Shown one piece after another: positions 1 through 9,621 of a stretch of 64,000 nt of DNA. The stretch spans positions 3,072,001-3,136,000 of the forward strand of contig OZ253555.1 of the NCBI GenBank assembly GCA_965262725.1, written 5' to 3'. Each line of letters starts with the position of its first letter. Position 1 is the stretch's first letter. The position numbers and the translations under genes are program-made. The notes below the pieces were generated by a model that saw only the letters and a program-made list of their open reading frames with translations, had not been told where the DNA came from and ran no database searches. Origin of the DNA: Dehalococcoidia bacterium. Its GTDB lineage: Bacteria > Chloroflexota > Dehalococcoidia > UBA2979.

Positions 1-31
1 AACGGAGCGACCCGACCACGCGTCTCCCCGG

Positions 32-763
32 CTACGTCGCGGCGCCCTCATCCTCCGGATCGTCGGTCGGAGCCTCGGGGATTGGCTCGTCGTCGAGGGA
101 GGGAAGCGAGAAGTCGTCGATCACGCCGGCCGGGGGCGCCGGAACGTGGGACTCGCCGGCCCCGGCCGTCTCCGGGCCATCCGCGTCGTCCAGCATCAAC
201 GTCCCCACGCCCTGCAACCCCTGCACGGTGTCCCAAGGCGACGGCGCCGACCGAGGCGGCGCCGCCAGCTGCGCGATCCCCGATTCGACGGAGCTCACGA
301 AGGCCTGCAGCTGGCGCTCCAGCCGCTGGAGCAGTTCGCGCGCGTAGTCGTCCGCCGCACGCATCTGCTGCTCGGCAAGCCGGCGCGATTCGTCGATACG
401 CTCGCGGATCTCGGCGTTGGCGCTGGCGATGCGCTGCTCCAGGCGAGCCTCCCCGTCGCGCGCGAACTCCGCCGCGTGTTGCTCCGCCTGCTTCGTGACG
501 GCATGATCGGAGACCAAGCGCTCCGCCTGCTCCTCCGCGCGCGCGATGATCAGCCGCGCCTCCTCCTCGGCCTCCCGCCGCAGCCGCTCGTGCTCGGCGA
601 CGATCTGCTGCGCCTCGCGGATCTCCTGAGGTATCGCCACGCGCATCTGGTCGACAGTGTCCAGGAGCCGACGGCGATCCATCATCACGCGGCTGCCGAT
701 CGGCATGCGCTGGGCGCCGCCGACGAGCTCCTCCAGACGATCGACGAGATGGAGTAGATCCAT
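32..763 (-). CDS. Coiled-coil DivIVA/SepIVA-like protein
   Basis: N-terminus LVDRLEELVGGAQRMP..DRRRLLDTVDQMRVAIP followed by a long heptad coiled coil; sits in the conserved position downstream of rsmD-coaD. Confidence 0.6.
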   Translation of the reverse strand: MDLLHLVDRLEELVGGAQRMPIGSRVMMDRRRLLDTVDQMRVAIPQEIREAQQIVAEHERLRREAEEEARLIIARAEEQAERLVSDHAVTKQAEQHAAEFARDGEARLEQRIASANAEIRERIDESRRLAEQQMRAADDYARELLQRLERQLQAFVSSVESGIAQLAAPPRSAPSPWDTVQGLQGVGTLMLDDADGPETAGAGESHVPAPPAGVIDDFSLPSLDDEPIPEAPTDDPEDEGAAT

Positions 764-851
764 CGGCGCCCCCCCTCTACCGGCGACGACCGAGCCGGAT
801 AGCGACCCCGACGGAACGGCGGCGATGCGAGGCGGCCCAGCGCATCCGCGA

Positions 852-1346
852 CTACGAACCCGACGGCGCCACGGTGCAGCCGAACCTCTCGCACAGGGCC
901 ACCGCCACGCCAGGCGGCACGTGCTCCGAGACGTCGCGGCCGAACGCTGCCAGTTCGCGGATGCGGCTCGCGCTGATGAAGAGGTGCTGTACCGCCGTCA
1001 TCAGGTAGACCGACTCCACCCCGGGCGCCATCTCCCGGTTCATCAGCGCCATGTCGAACTCCGCCGTGAAATCGGTGACGGCGCGCAACCCGCGCACCAG
1101 GACGCGCGCCCCCTCCTCGCGCGCGGCCTCCACCGTGAGCCCCACGTGCGCGCGCACGCGGGTGTTCGGGATGTCAGCCACGGCGTCGGCGAACATCCCC
1201 ACGCGCTGCTCCGTGCTGAAGAGGCTGTTCTCGCTCGCGGCGACGGAAACGACGACCTCGTCGAAGAGGGCAGCCGCGCGGCGCACGATGTCGACGTGAC
1301 CGTTAGTCACGGGATCGAAGCGGCCAGGGTACATCGCGACGGTCAC
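852..1346 (-). CDS. coaD: Pantetheine-phosphate adenylyltransferase
   Basis: YPGRFDPVTNGH (HxGH-type), RGLRAVTDF, ISAS motifs. Confidence 0.95.
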   Translation of the reverse strand: MTVAMYPGRFDPVTNGHVDIVRRAAALFDEVVVSVAASENSLFSTEQRVGMFADAVADIPNTRVRAHVGLTVEAAREEGARVLVRGLRAVTDFTAEFDMALMNREMAPGVESVYLMTAVQHLFISASRIRELAAFGRDVSEHVPPGVAVALCERFGCTVAPSGS

Positions 1347-1360
1347 GGCGCCTCTCCTCT

Positions 1361-1939
1361 CTACGGGTGCGCGCCGGCGTCGGCGCCCTCACCGCCAGCC
1401 GTCCCCCGGTAGAGCGCCACCGCACCGTCTCCCTGCCGGCGGTCGCGCCAGAGCGGGAGTCCGGCGAGCATCGCCGGGGGTTCATGCCGCGCCGCGTGCT
1501 CGACGGCGAGCAGCGCGCCTTCTAGGAGCGCTCCCACCAACGTGCGCTCGATGGCGCCCCACGCGGCGGCATCATCATACGGCGGGTCGGCGAGTACTAG
1601 CGTGAGGCTGCGGTTCGGGCCGGCACGCCAGCGCCCCACGCGGCCGCGCACCACACGCCCGCGCCCCTCAAGCCCAACACGCCGGAGGTTCCCGCGCGCG
1701 GTCAGGCAGGCACGCGCGTCCTGCTCGACGAACGTGCAGTGCCCGGCGCCGCGCGAGAGCGCCTCGATGCCCAGCGCCCCGCTTCCGGCGTAGAGGTCCA
1801 ACGCCTCGCTCATGTCGACGGCGGCCGCGTCGAGCATCGCGAAGAGCGATTCGCGCAGCCGGTCCGAGGTGGGTCGCGTGCCGCGGCCGGGCGGCACCCG
1901 CAGCTCGCGCCCACGGGCCGTTCCCGCGATCACGCGCAC
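1361..1939 (-). CDS. rsmD: 16S rRNA m2G966 methyltransferase
   Basis: MRVIAG..RPTSDRLRESLF, DLYAGSGALGIEALSRGA, DPPY. Confidence 0.93.
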   Translation of the reverse strand: MRVIAGTARGRELRVPPGRGTRPTSDRLRESLFAMLDAAAVDMSEALDLYAGSGALGIEALSRGAGHCTFVEQDARACLTARGNLRRVGLEGRGRVVRGRVGRWRAGPNRSLTLVLADPPYDDAAAWGAIERTLVGALLEGALLAVEHAARHEPPAMLAGLPLWRDRRQGDGAVALYRGTAGGEGADAGAHP

Positions 1940-1973
1940 GCGGTCTTCGCCGTGCTCGCCCCCGGACGGGCGC

Positions 1974-3959
1974 TCACTCGTTACCCGCGGGTCCCGGCGG
2001 TCCGGGCGGGATCGTCGCTTCGGGCGCCGGCTCGGGGGTCGCTTCCGGCGTCGGCTCCGGCGTCGCTTCCGGCGTCGCTTCCGGCGTCGGCTCCGGCGTC
2101 GCTTCCGGCGTCGGCTCCGGCGTCGCTTCCGGCGTCGGCTCCGGCGTCGCTTCCGGCGTCGGCTCCGGCGTCGCTTCCGGCGTCGCTTCCGGCGTCGCTT
2201 CCGGCGTCGCTTCCGGCGTCGCTTCCGGCGCAGATACCCGCATCAGCACTTGCTGCCCGACGAAGGCGACGCCGTCCGAGACCACGAGCGTCACCCCGTA
2301 GACGCCGGGCGCCTCCGGCGCGCGCCAAGTGACAGCTCCCGAGCCGTCGTCACCCTCGACGCTGCCGCCGGTCACGCGCCAGTTCGGATCGAGGTACGGG
2401 CCGTAGGGGAGGAGCAGCGTCGCCCTGCCCTCCTCCTGATACACCGCCAGGAGATCCCAGACGTCGGGCAGCGAATCGTCGGCCGAGGCGGGCTCGATGA
2501 CGGCGCCCGCGAGCCCGAAACGCTCCGCGAGCTCGAGCCGGAACGCGAGCGAGTAGCGGTTCTCGATCCACACCGTGCGCTCGCCGCCGCGACCGACAAA
2601 GCGAACGGCGACGGCGCGCGCCTGCTCGTCCCACGTGAGCCCCGTGCCACCGCGCGAGCGATCGAGGATCGCGGCGCGCACGGTCACGGCGCTCCCCGGC
2701 GCGATCGCGCCGCTCACCTGCGTCTCGATGGCGGTCGCCAGCGAGAGCGCCTCGAGCCGCGAGAGCGGCTCGAGCCCCTCGGGCGTCCGCAGCTGCGAAC
2801 GCCGGTCCACGACGAGCAGAACTCTCTCGATCGGGACGCCGTCCCGCCTGGCGGACTCGAGGGCCTGCTCGAGGCGATCGTAGTAGGCGCCCCGGTCGGC
2901 GGGCGCGTGCACCCACAGCCGCGAGGCGGCGCTCGCGAGCGCGCGCCAGTCGTAGGCGCCAGTGTCCGAGCCGAGCGGCATCGGCACGCTCACGGCAAGC
3001 TCGCGTCCCGAGTCCTCGAGCAACGAGCCGAGCCGCTGCACGAGGCCGGTGAAGGCGTCGCGGCGCGCCGGATCCACGGCGCGGTAGTCGAGGTGGACGC
3101 CGGCCGCGTCGGCGGCGTCGGCCACTGCGGCGATCTCCTGCGCGTGCACCTCGACGAGAGCGGCGTCGGCAAGCACGCGGTCAACGAGGGCCGAGAGCGG
3201 GCCGGCCGGGGCTTCGACGCCGACGTAAACGGCGTCACCCCTGCGCTCCGCGGCCGCCCGCGCGGCCGCGAGCGCCCCCGCCTCGAACTCAATCCCCCCG
3301 AGCGCCCCACCGGTCTCAGGCGTCTCGGGGGACGCGGCGCGTACACTGACCACGGAGCCGGCCGGCGCGCCGTCGTCCGGCTGCTCGCCGGGTCCGACGA
3401 CGAGCGCCAGCTCGCGCGCCAGCGACTCGCGCCTGAGCACCGCGATCGTCCCCGGGACGACCGGCACCTCCCCCAGGGCGGAGGAGCCGTCGCCGATGGG
3501 GATGGCGGAGCCGAGCCGCTCCCAGCTCCCGTCCCGCCAAGTGTAGAGCGCGAGATTGCGCGCGTCGGCGGTCGGCTCGCTCAGCTGGACGGTGAGCCGC
3601 GCCGCACCCGAGAAGGTCTCGGGATCGGCGACTTCGATGTCGTAGAGGGCGGAGAGCGCGATGAGGCCCTCCGGCAGCTCCGGCAGCTCCTCGCGCGGCC
3701 GGATCGCGAACGCCTCGCTCTCCCCACCCCCCGTCCGCTCGAGGATGGAGACCGGGGGAAGCAGCAGGATAGCGATGACGGCCGCGAGGCCAACCACGAT
3801 CGCGGCGACGCGCAGCATCTGCCCGTCGCCATCGCCGCCCTCGTCGTCGGAGCCGTCCCCGTACCCGTAGGGGGGCTTGCCGTCCTCCTCCTCGTCGCCG
3901 AAGAGGACCGGCGCGAAACGCGGCGGCTCGGAGAAGTAGTCGCGCTCGCGATCATCCAT
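1974..3959 (-). CDS. Membrane-anchored protein with GH18-like barrel, PKD/Ig-like domain and Pro/Thr-rich tail
   Basis: One N-terminal TM helix; AAGVHLDY and AYDWRALA GH18-like segments; TWRAPEAPGVYGVTLVVSDG; (PEAT/PEPT)18. Confidence 0.55.
   Translation of the reverse strand: MDDRERDYFSEPPRFAPVLFGDEEEDGKPPYGYGDGSDDEGGDGDGQMLRVAAIVVGLAAVIAILLLPPVSILERTGGGESEAFAIRPREELPELPEGLIALSALYDIEVADPETFSGAARLTVQLSEPTADARNLALYTWRDGSWERLGSAIPIGDGSSALGEVPVVPGTIAVLRRESLARELALVVGPGEQPDDGAPAGSVVSVRAASPETPETGGALGGIEFEAGALAAARAAAERRGDAVYVGVEAPAGPLSALVDRVLADAALVEVHAQEIAAVADAADAAGVHLDYRAVDPARRDAFTGLVQRLGSLLEDSGRELAVSVPMPLGSDTGAYDWRALASAASRLWVHAPADRGAYYDRLEQALESARRDGVPIERVLLVVDRRSQLRTPEGLEPLSRLEALSLATAIETQVSGAIAPGSAVTVRAAILDRSRGGTGLTWDEQARAVAVRFVGRGGERTVWIENRYSLAFRLELAERFGLAGAVIEPASADDSLPDVWDLLAVYQEEGRATLLLPYGPYLDPNWRVTGGSVEGDDGSGAVTWRAPEAPGVYGVTLVVSDGVAFVGQQVLMRVSAPEATPEATPEATPEATPEATPEPTPEATPEPTPEATPEPTPEATPEPTPEATPEATPEPTPEATPEPAPEATIPPGPPGPAGNE
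2013..2228 (-). repeat. 12-bp coding tandem repeat, 18 units (PEAT/PEPT)
   Basis: ccggcgtcgctt / ccggcgtcggct units, 216 bp, in frame. Confidence 0.95.
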
Positions 3960-4022
3960 CGGGCATCTCCTCGGGCGGGGAGCAGGAGGCTCCCGACTGC
4001 CGCGGGTCGGTTCTGAGTCCGC

Positions 4023-5192
4023 TCATACCAGGGGCACCGCCACAACGATCTCACGCTCGTCGCGAACGATCAGCAACTCGGCGATTCCGGAGACGGAGAG
4101 CGCCTTCAGAAGGTTGACAAGCGGTGTGCCGGAGTCGACGGGGCGTCCGTTCACCCCGACGACGATGTCGCCGGGCAGGAGCCCAGCCCCCTCCGCCGGG
4201 CTCCCGGGCTCGACCGCTGTGAGCAGTGCGCCCGACTCAACGGGGAGTGCCAGCTCCTCGGCGAGGCTCTCCGTCACCTCCACGTGGTGGCGGCCGGGCT
4301 GCTCGATGCCGGGCCGCGGGCGCGGGTACGCGCCCGTCTCGATGATCGCCTCGACCTGCGGGCCGAGGGAGTCCATCGACTGGGCGAATGCGACACCCTC
4401 CATCGCCCGGCCGGACGGGTCGAGCCTCACCACCGTGGTGAGCAGGCCCACGACGGAGCCGGCCGCGGTGACGAGCGCGCCACCGGAGTCGCCGTGGTTG
4501 ACGGAGGCGTCGGTCTGCACGAGGTCCTCGAGCACGACGCCGACGCGCGGCCAGCGGATGCCGGTGGCCGAGATCACGCCCGTCGTCACCTTGTTCGCCA
4601 CGCCTATCAGCCCGCCCGAGATCGCCGCGACCGGCTCGCCCGGCCGCGCAATCCGCGCCGAGCCCAAGGAGGCGCGCCTGAGGCCCCCGGGGGGGATCTT
4701 CAGCACCGCCATGTCAGTGTAGGGCGAATCCGAGCCGACCAGTATCGCCTCCCGGCGCTCGCCGGTGGTGAGCACGACGAAGAGCTGCTCGGCCTCCTCC
4801 ACGGTGTGGAAGGTGGTGAGGACGTGGCCGGCCTCGGTCACGACCACGCCGGAGCCGATGTTGTTCCGCCCGACCGTGCGCCCCTCTTCGTCGAGTCGGT
4901 CGGGAAGCTGGGCGACGACAGTGACGACGGTGGGCATGACGCGCGCGATCGCCGTCGCGAGCGGGTCGGGCGGCACGTTGGGCTGAGGCGTGGTCGTCGC
5001 CGGGGTGGAGGTGGCGACTGCGGGCGGCGGCTCCGCCTGGTCGCTCTCCCCGATCAGGAGCAGCGCGCCCACCCCGCCGGTGGCTCCGGCGACGACGCCG
5101 ACCGCGAGGGCGAGGGCCAGCAGCAGCGGCCACGTCGGAGCGAAGCCCGAAGGGCGCCTGTCGCCGGGCGCGGCGGGGGCCGAGTCGTCCAT
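4023..5192 (-). CDS. HtrA/DegP-family S1C serine protease with PDZ domain
   Basis: TM helix; GSGVV, TTFHTV, DMAVLKI, QTDASVNHGDSGGAL; C-terminal PDZ (GSPAEGAGLLPGDIVV). Confidence 0.9.
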   Translation of the reverse strand: MDDSAPAAPGDRRPSGFAPTWPLLLALALAVGVVAGATGGVGALLLIGESDQAEPPPAVATSTPATTTPQPNVPPDPLATAIARVMPTVVTVVAQLPDRLDEEGRTVGRNNIGSGVVVTEAGHVLTTFHTVEEAEQLFVVLTTGERREAILVGSDSPYTDMAVLKIPPGGLRRASLGSARIARPGEPVAAISGGLIGVANKVTTGVISATGIRWPRVGVVLEDLVQTDASVNHGDSGGALVTAAGSVVGLLTTVVRLDPSGRAMEGVAFAQSMDSLGPQVEAIIETGAYPRPRPGIEQPGRHHVEVTESLAEELALPVESGALLTAVEPGSPAEGAGLLPGDIVVGVNGRPVDSGTPLVNLLKALSVSGIAELLIVRDEREIVVAVPLV

Positions 5193-5323
5193 CGGGTCAG
5201 CCGTGGGGGAAGCTCGAGGCGCTCCCCCCGCCTCCCTCCGGTCCGCGTCCCCGCGCGGCCTCAGTCTATCATCTGCCGGCGGCCGGACACCGCGCGCCGT
5301 CGGGGCCCCGGGATGAACGGTAC

Positions 5324-5353
5324 TTTACGGCGCGAGCACGCCGACGGTACGAT
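5324..5353 (+). promoter_or_regulatory. Putative sigma70 promoter of greA (original, upstream of the IS1380)
   Basis: TTTACG (5324-5329), 18-bp spacer, TACGAT (5348-5353). Confidence 0.5.
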
Positions 5354-5378
5354 CGTGACGAGACGGTGCGACACACGC

Positions 5379-5410
5379 GGACTGGCCGCCGGGCGAGTCC
5401 CTTTCTTTGT
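5379..5410 (+). terminator. Intrinsic terminator / attenuator in the greA leader
   Basis: GGACTGGCC-GCC-GGGCGAGTCC hairpin followed by CTTTCTTTGT; no + strand gene ends here. Confidence 0.55.
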
Positions 5411-5442
5411 GATGCGGCCACCTCGTTCCCCTGGAGCTGGGC

Positions 5443-7494
5443 CCCAGATATCCCATCAAGATTCGTAGGCCCGGGAAGCTGACGGTACTGCGTCGGGCCT
5501 GAGCGGCCCGGTGGAGGCCACCCGGGACGCAGATGTACCGTCGGCCGCGCCGATCCGGCCGCCAGAGCCGCATTTCTGACGCCGATCACGCCCCCAGATC
5601 GGCGTTTCCGAGCGTCTCACAGTCCCGGTGAGGCCGCAGCGAGCGCGGTGAAGAGAGAGGTACCTCGCTGGCGCCTTGATCGCTCAAGGCTGGAGAGTGT
5701 CTGTACGAAAAGAAAACTCACCAGCGAGGTGCAGACAGCATGACACGTCAGCGGCTCCCGATCGAGTTCGGCGCCGACACCAACTCCACCGCCCTTACCG
5801 CCAGCTCCGGCCTCGTGCTCCCGCTCCAGTTCATTCAGCGTGCCGGCCTTCTCGACGCCGTCGAACGATTCGTCCCCGATGACTCCACCCAGGGCTGGAC
5901 CGCGTCGGAGATGGTGGAGGCCGTGCTCCTGCTCAACATCGCCGGCGGAGAGTCGCTCTCCGATATCGACCACCTGCAGGGCGACCCCGGGCTCGCGCGC
6001 GCCATCGACGAGGTCTCGGGGCGGGGCCTGAATCGGCGCATGCGGCGCTTGTTCGCCCGGACGGCGGTGCGGAAGCGCTGGCGCTGCCGGCGCACACGGA
6101 GCGTGCCCTCGGGCTCGGCGCTCTCCCGCTGGATCCGCCGCCAGCACGACGAGGAGCAGGAGCGCCTGCGCACCACGGGACCGCCCGCCTTCATCCCGGA
6201 GCCGTCCCCGACCGTGCGCGGTCTGGAGCGCGTCAACGCCGACCTGCTCGCATTCCTGAACACGCACCGGCCGCAGTCCTCCGCGACGCTCGACATGGAC
6301 GCGACGCTGATTGTGACCCAGAAGCGCGAAGCGCTCTACGCCTACACGAAGGAGAAGGCGTACCAGCCGCACACCGTGTACTGGGCGGAGCAGGACACGG
6401 TCGTGCTCTCCGAGTACCGCGACGGCAACGTCCCCGCCGGTCACCAGCAGCTGCGCGTGCTCGAGGAATCGCTGGAGCTGCTCCCTTCTGGCGTGGAGCG
6501 AGTGTCGATGCGCTCGGACACGGCGGGGTACCAGCGGGAGCTGCTCCGCTATATGGCGGAGGGCCGCTCCCGATTCGGCGTCATCGAGTTCGTAGTGGGC
6601 GTGGACCGCACGACCGAGTTCCGTCGGGCCGTAGAGGCGATGCCGGAGAGCGAGTGGAAGCCGCTTTCCCGCACTTCCGACGGGACGGTCATCGAGGAGT
6701 ACGCCGAGGTCGTCTACGTGCCGAACTGGGCCGGCTACAGCGCGAACGCCCCGGACTACCGGTTCGTGGCGACGCGGGAGCCGCTGCGGCAGCAGGTGCT
6801 CCCGGGGATGGAGGAGCAACTGAATCTGGGCATGCCGCTGCTGCGGGGCCGAGCGGGACGTGTCTACCGGTTCTCGGGAGTGGTGACGAACCGCCACGAG
6901 CCAGCGGGCGATGAGGTCATCGCCTGGTACCGGGCGCGGGCGGGGAAGGGCGAAGAGGTCCACGGCGTGATGAAGACGGACCTGGCGGGCGGCAGGCTCC
7001 CGTCGGGGCTGTTCGGAGCGAACGCGGTGTGGTGGGCGCTGACGATGCTGGCGTTCAACGTGATGTCGGTGATCAAGCAGTTGCTGCTGGACACGGGGTG
7101 GGTGAGCAAGCGGATGAAGGCCGTGCGTTTCGCCCTGCTGCAGATCCCGGGGCGCCTGGTGCGGCACGCGCGGAAGCTGACGCTTCGCCTGCCGGAGGGC
7201 CACCCGGGCACGACGCATCTCTTCCGGGCGCAGCGGCGACTGCTGGCGCTGCGCGCTCCGCCCCCGATATAGCCGCTGCTCAGTGCGATTCTCGTTGTAT
7301 GACCCGGCCGCTGCATGCCCGGGTGGTGTCAAATGGGGCCCGCGCCGGCGAGTCGGAGTCCCTGCGCCGCAGCTTCCGGTGCTCGGGAGGCGCTCGGAGC
7401 GGCCTCGCGACCCCGCCAATCCGCGACACGACGCCGATCAGCGTTCCGTGACCGCCTCTCGAGCGCCTCGCCAGCCACAGATGGGAAGTTTGGG
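5443..7494 (+). mobile_element. IS1380-family insertion sequence
   Basis: Imperfect IRs CCCAGATATCCCATC / GATGGGAAGTTTGGG (12/15); 5-bp TSD TGGGC at 5438-5442 and 7495-7499. Confidence 0.88.
5740..7272 (+). CDS. IS1380-family DDE transposase
   Basis: TLDMDAT, RSDTAGY, YRARAGKGEEVHGVMK, FGANAVWW motifs. Confidence 0.9.
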   Translation: MTRQRLPIEFGADTNSTALTASSGLVLPLQFIQRAGLLDAVERFVPDDSTQGWTASEMVEAVLLLNIAGGESLSDIDHLQGDPGLARAIDEVSGRGLNRRMRRLFARTAVRKRWRCRRTRSVPSGSALSRWIRRQHDEEQERLRTTGPPAFIPEPSPTVRGLERVNADLLAFLNTHRPQSSATLDMDATLIVTQKREALYAYTKEKAYQPHTVYWAEQDTVVLSEYRDGNVPAGHQQLRVLEESLELLPSGVERVSMRSDTAGYQRELLRYMAEGRSRFGVIEFVVGVDRTTEFRRAVEAMPESEWKPLSRTSDGTVIEEYAEVVYVPNWAGYSANAPDYRFVATREPLRQQVLPGMEEQLNLGMPLLRGRAGRVYRFSGVVTNRHEPAGDEVIAWYRARAGKGEEVHGVMKTDLAGGRLPSGLFGANAVWWALTMLAFNVMSVIKQLLLDTGWVSKRMKAVRFALLQIPGRLVRHARKLTLRLPEGHPGTTHLFRAQRRLLALRAPPPI

Positions 7495-7527
7495 TGGGCC
7501 GTGCCCGCTTGCACATCGGGGGTTCCT

Positions 7528-8001
7528 ATGACACACGCAGCGGTACTCCTCACCGCCGAGGGCCTCGTGAAGCTCACGGCCGAGCTCCATGAGCTGCGCA
7601 CAAAGGGCCGGGCGGAGGTGGCGCGGGCGATCCACGAGGCGCAGGAACTCGGGATGTCGCAGGTCGACGGCCAGTACGAGGACGCGAAGAACCAGCAGGC
7701 GTTCATCGAGGGGCGCATCCTCGAGATCGAGAAGCTGCTGGAGCGCGCCACCATCATCGACGAGCGGGCGGCGCACGACTCGACGGTGGTTCGCGTCGGC
7801 TCGAGCGTCACGGTGAAGACGGCCGCGGGAAAGGCGCAGACGTTCCAGATCGTCGGCTCGGCCGAGGCCAACCCCGCCGAGGGCCGCATTAGCCACGAGT
7901 CCCCCGTCGGCCAGGCGCTCCTCGGCAAGACGGGGGGCGACATCGTGACGGTCGTGGCACCCGGCGGTACGAACCAGATGACGGTCACCGCCGTCTCCTA
8001 G
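7528..8001 (+). CDS. greA: Transcription elongation factor GreA
   Basis: LTAEGLVKLTAELHELR, YEDAKNQQAFIEGRI, ISHESPVGQALLG; ATG at 7528. Confidence 0.92.
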   Translation: MTHAAVLLTAEGLVKLTAELHELRTKGRAEVARAIHEAQELGMSQVDGQYEDAKNQQAFIEGRILEIEKLLERATIIDERAAHDSTVVRVGSSVTVKTAAGKAQTFQIVGSAEANPAEGRISHESPVGQALLGKTGGDIVTVVAPGGTNQMTVTAVS

Positions 8002-8100
8002 CCCGGCCGGAACCCCGCGTGCCGATCGAGCGTCCCCGGCTGCGCGCGTACGATGGCCGACGCGGCGCCCTGAGTTCGGTCCGCCACGACGGGAGCAGCC

Positions 8101-9621
8101 ATGCCCACCGAGGGTGAACTCATCGCCAACCGGCTGGCAAAGCGCGAGCAGCTGCTCGCCCGTGGGGGCGGCTACCCGGCGCGCGCGCACCGCACTCACA
8201 GCTGCCGGGAGGCGCTCGCCCTCTTCGAGTCGAGCGAGGCCGGAACCGGCGCGGCCGGATCCGGGGCAGAGCCGCACGCCGCGGTGAGCGGCCGCGTGAC
8301 CGGCCAGCGCCTTCTCGGGCGGGCCGCCTTCCTCGACCTTCGCGACGGCTCCGGCGGCATCCAGCTGCACTTGAGGAGCGACCAGCTTCCCGAGGGGGAG
8401 TTCGCGCTCCTTGAGCTCCTCGATGTCGGCGACTTCGTGGAGGCGGAGGGCGGGCTCTTCCGGACACGCAGCGGCGAAGTCACGCTCGCCGTCGAGCGCT
8501 GGCGCATCCTGGTGAAGGCGCTGCGGCCGCTGCCCGAGAAGTGGGCCGGTCTCACCGATCCCGAAACGCGCTACCGAGAGCGCCACCTCGACCTCGTCGC
8601 GAACGAGCGCTCGCGGGAGGTGGCTCGCCTCTCCGCCGCCACCGTCTCGACCGTGCGGCGCTTCTTCGAGGATCGCGACTTCCTGGAAGTCGCGACGCCG
8701 GTGCTGCAGGAGCAGGCCGGCGGCGCCGCCGCCCGGCCCTTCCGCACCTACCACAACGCGCTTGATCGCGAGCTCTTCCTTCGCATCTCAATCGAGCTGC
8801 ACCTGAAGAGGCTGCTCGTCGGCGGATTCGACCGCGTCTTCGAGATCGGACGCGTCTTCCGCAACGAGGGCCTCTCCCACCGCCATAATCCGGAGTTTCT
8901 ACTGCTCGAGTCCTACGAGGCCTACGCGGACTACGAGGACGTGGCGCGGATGGTCGAGGAGCTCGTCAGGCACGTGGCCCGCGCGGTTCGCGGCACGCTT
9001 GAACTCCCCCACGGCGACCTCGTCGTCGACCTCGCCTCCCCGTGGACGCGCACGACCTACCGCAAGGCGCTCTGCAAGCACGCCGGGATCGACTACCGCG
9101 ACTACCCTGACCGCGACGCCCTCGCGGCGGCGGCCGCCGAACGGGGAGTCCCGGTCGCCCCAGCGGCGTCGTGGGCGAGCGTCCTCGACGCGCTGATGCA
9201 ACGGCTGGTCGAACCGCAGCTCGTGCAGCCGACCTTCGTCTTCGACTATCCGACCGATCTCTCCCCGCTCGCGAAGGCGCGCGAGGACGATCCAGCGGTC
9301 GTCGAGCGCTTCGAGCTCTTCATTCTGGGCTACGAGTTCGCGAACGCCTACTCCGAACTGAACGACCCCGTGGAGCAGCGCGCCCGCATGGAGGCGCAGG
9401 CCAAGAAGCGTGCCTCGGGCGATGACGAGGTGGAGGTCGCCGACGAGGCGTTCCTCGAGGCGCTCGAGAGCGGGATGCCGCCGGCCGGCGGCCTCGGAAT
9501 GGGGCTCGAGCGGCTGATGATGCTCATGACCGGCGAGCACTCGATCCGGGAGGTCGTTCTCTTCCCGGCCCTCCGCGAGCGCGGCGGCGACATCCCGAGG
9601 GGGTCCGACGGCGCTCCGTGA
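8101..9621 (+). CDS. lysS: Lysine--tRNA ligase (class II)
   Basis: PLPEKWAGL, RYRERHLDL, GGAAARPF, FRNEG..HNPEF, GMPPAGGLGMGLERL. Confidence 0.97.
   Translation: MPTEGELIANRLAKREQLLARGGGYPARAHRTHSCREALALFESSEAGTGAAGSGAEPHAAVSGRVTGQRLLGRAAFLDLRDGSGGIQLHLRSDQLPEGEFALLELLDVGDFVEAEGGLFRTRSGEVTLAVERWRILVKALRPLPEKWAGLTDPETRYRERHLDLVANERSREVARLSAATVSTVRRFFEDRDFLEVATPVLQEQAGGAAARPFRTYHNALDRELFLRISIELHLKRLLVGGFDRVFEIGRVFRNEGLSHRHNPEFLLLESYEAYADYEDVARMVEELVRHVARAVRGTLELPHGDLVVDLASPWTRTTYRKALCKHAGIDYRDYPDRDALAAAAAERGVPVAPAASWASVLDALMQRLVEPQLVQPTFVFDYPTDLSPLAKAREDDPAVVERFELFILGYEFANAYSELNDPVEQRARMEAQAKKRASGDDEVEVADEAFLEALESGMPPAGGLGMGLERLMMLMTGEHSIREVVLFPALRERGGDIPRGSDGAP

Noticed and set aside
2013-2228. 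Tandem repeats as a CRISPR array
   Set aside because: 12-bp contiguous units without spacers, in frame within a CDS; no cas genes in the window.
1812-4016. Long antisense/shadow ORFs (e.g. 1812-4016, 14778-16538, 27865-29877, 32015-34330)
   Set aside because: Arg/Pro/Gly-rich opposite-strand frames expected in high-GC DNA over real genes; no motifs.
5290-5560. Structured region as 6S RNA or a riboswitch
   Set aside because: It straddles the IS1380 left end at 5443, so it is a composite of the greA leader and the IS terminus; no riboswitch consensus recognised.
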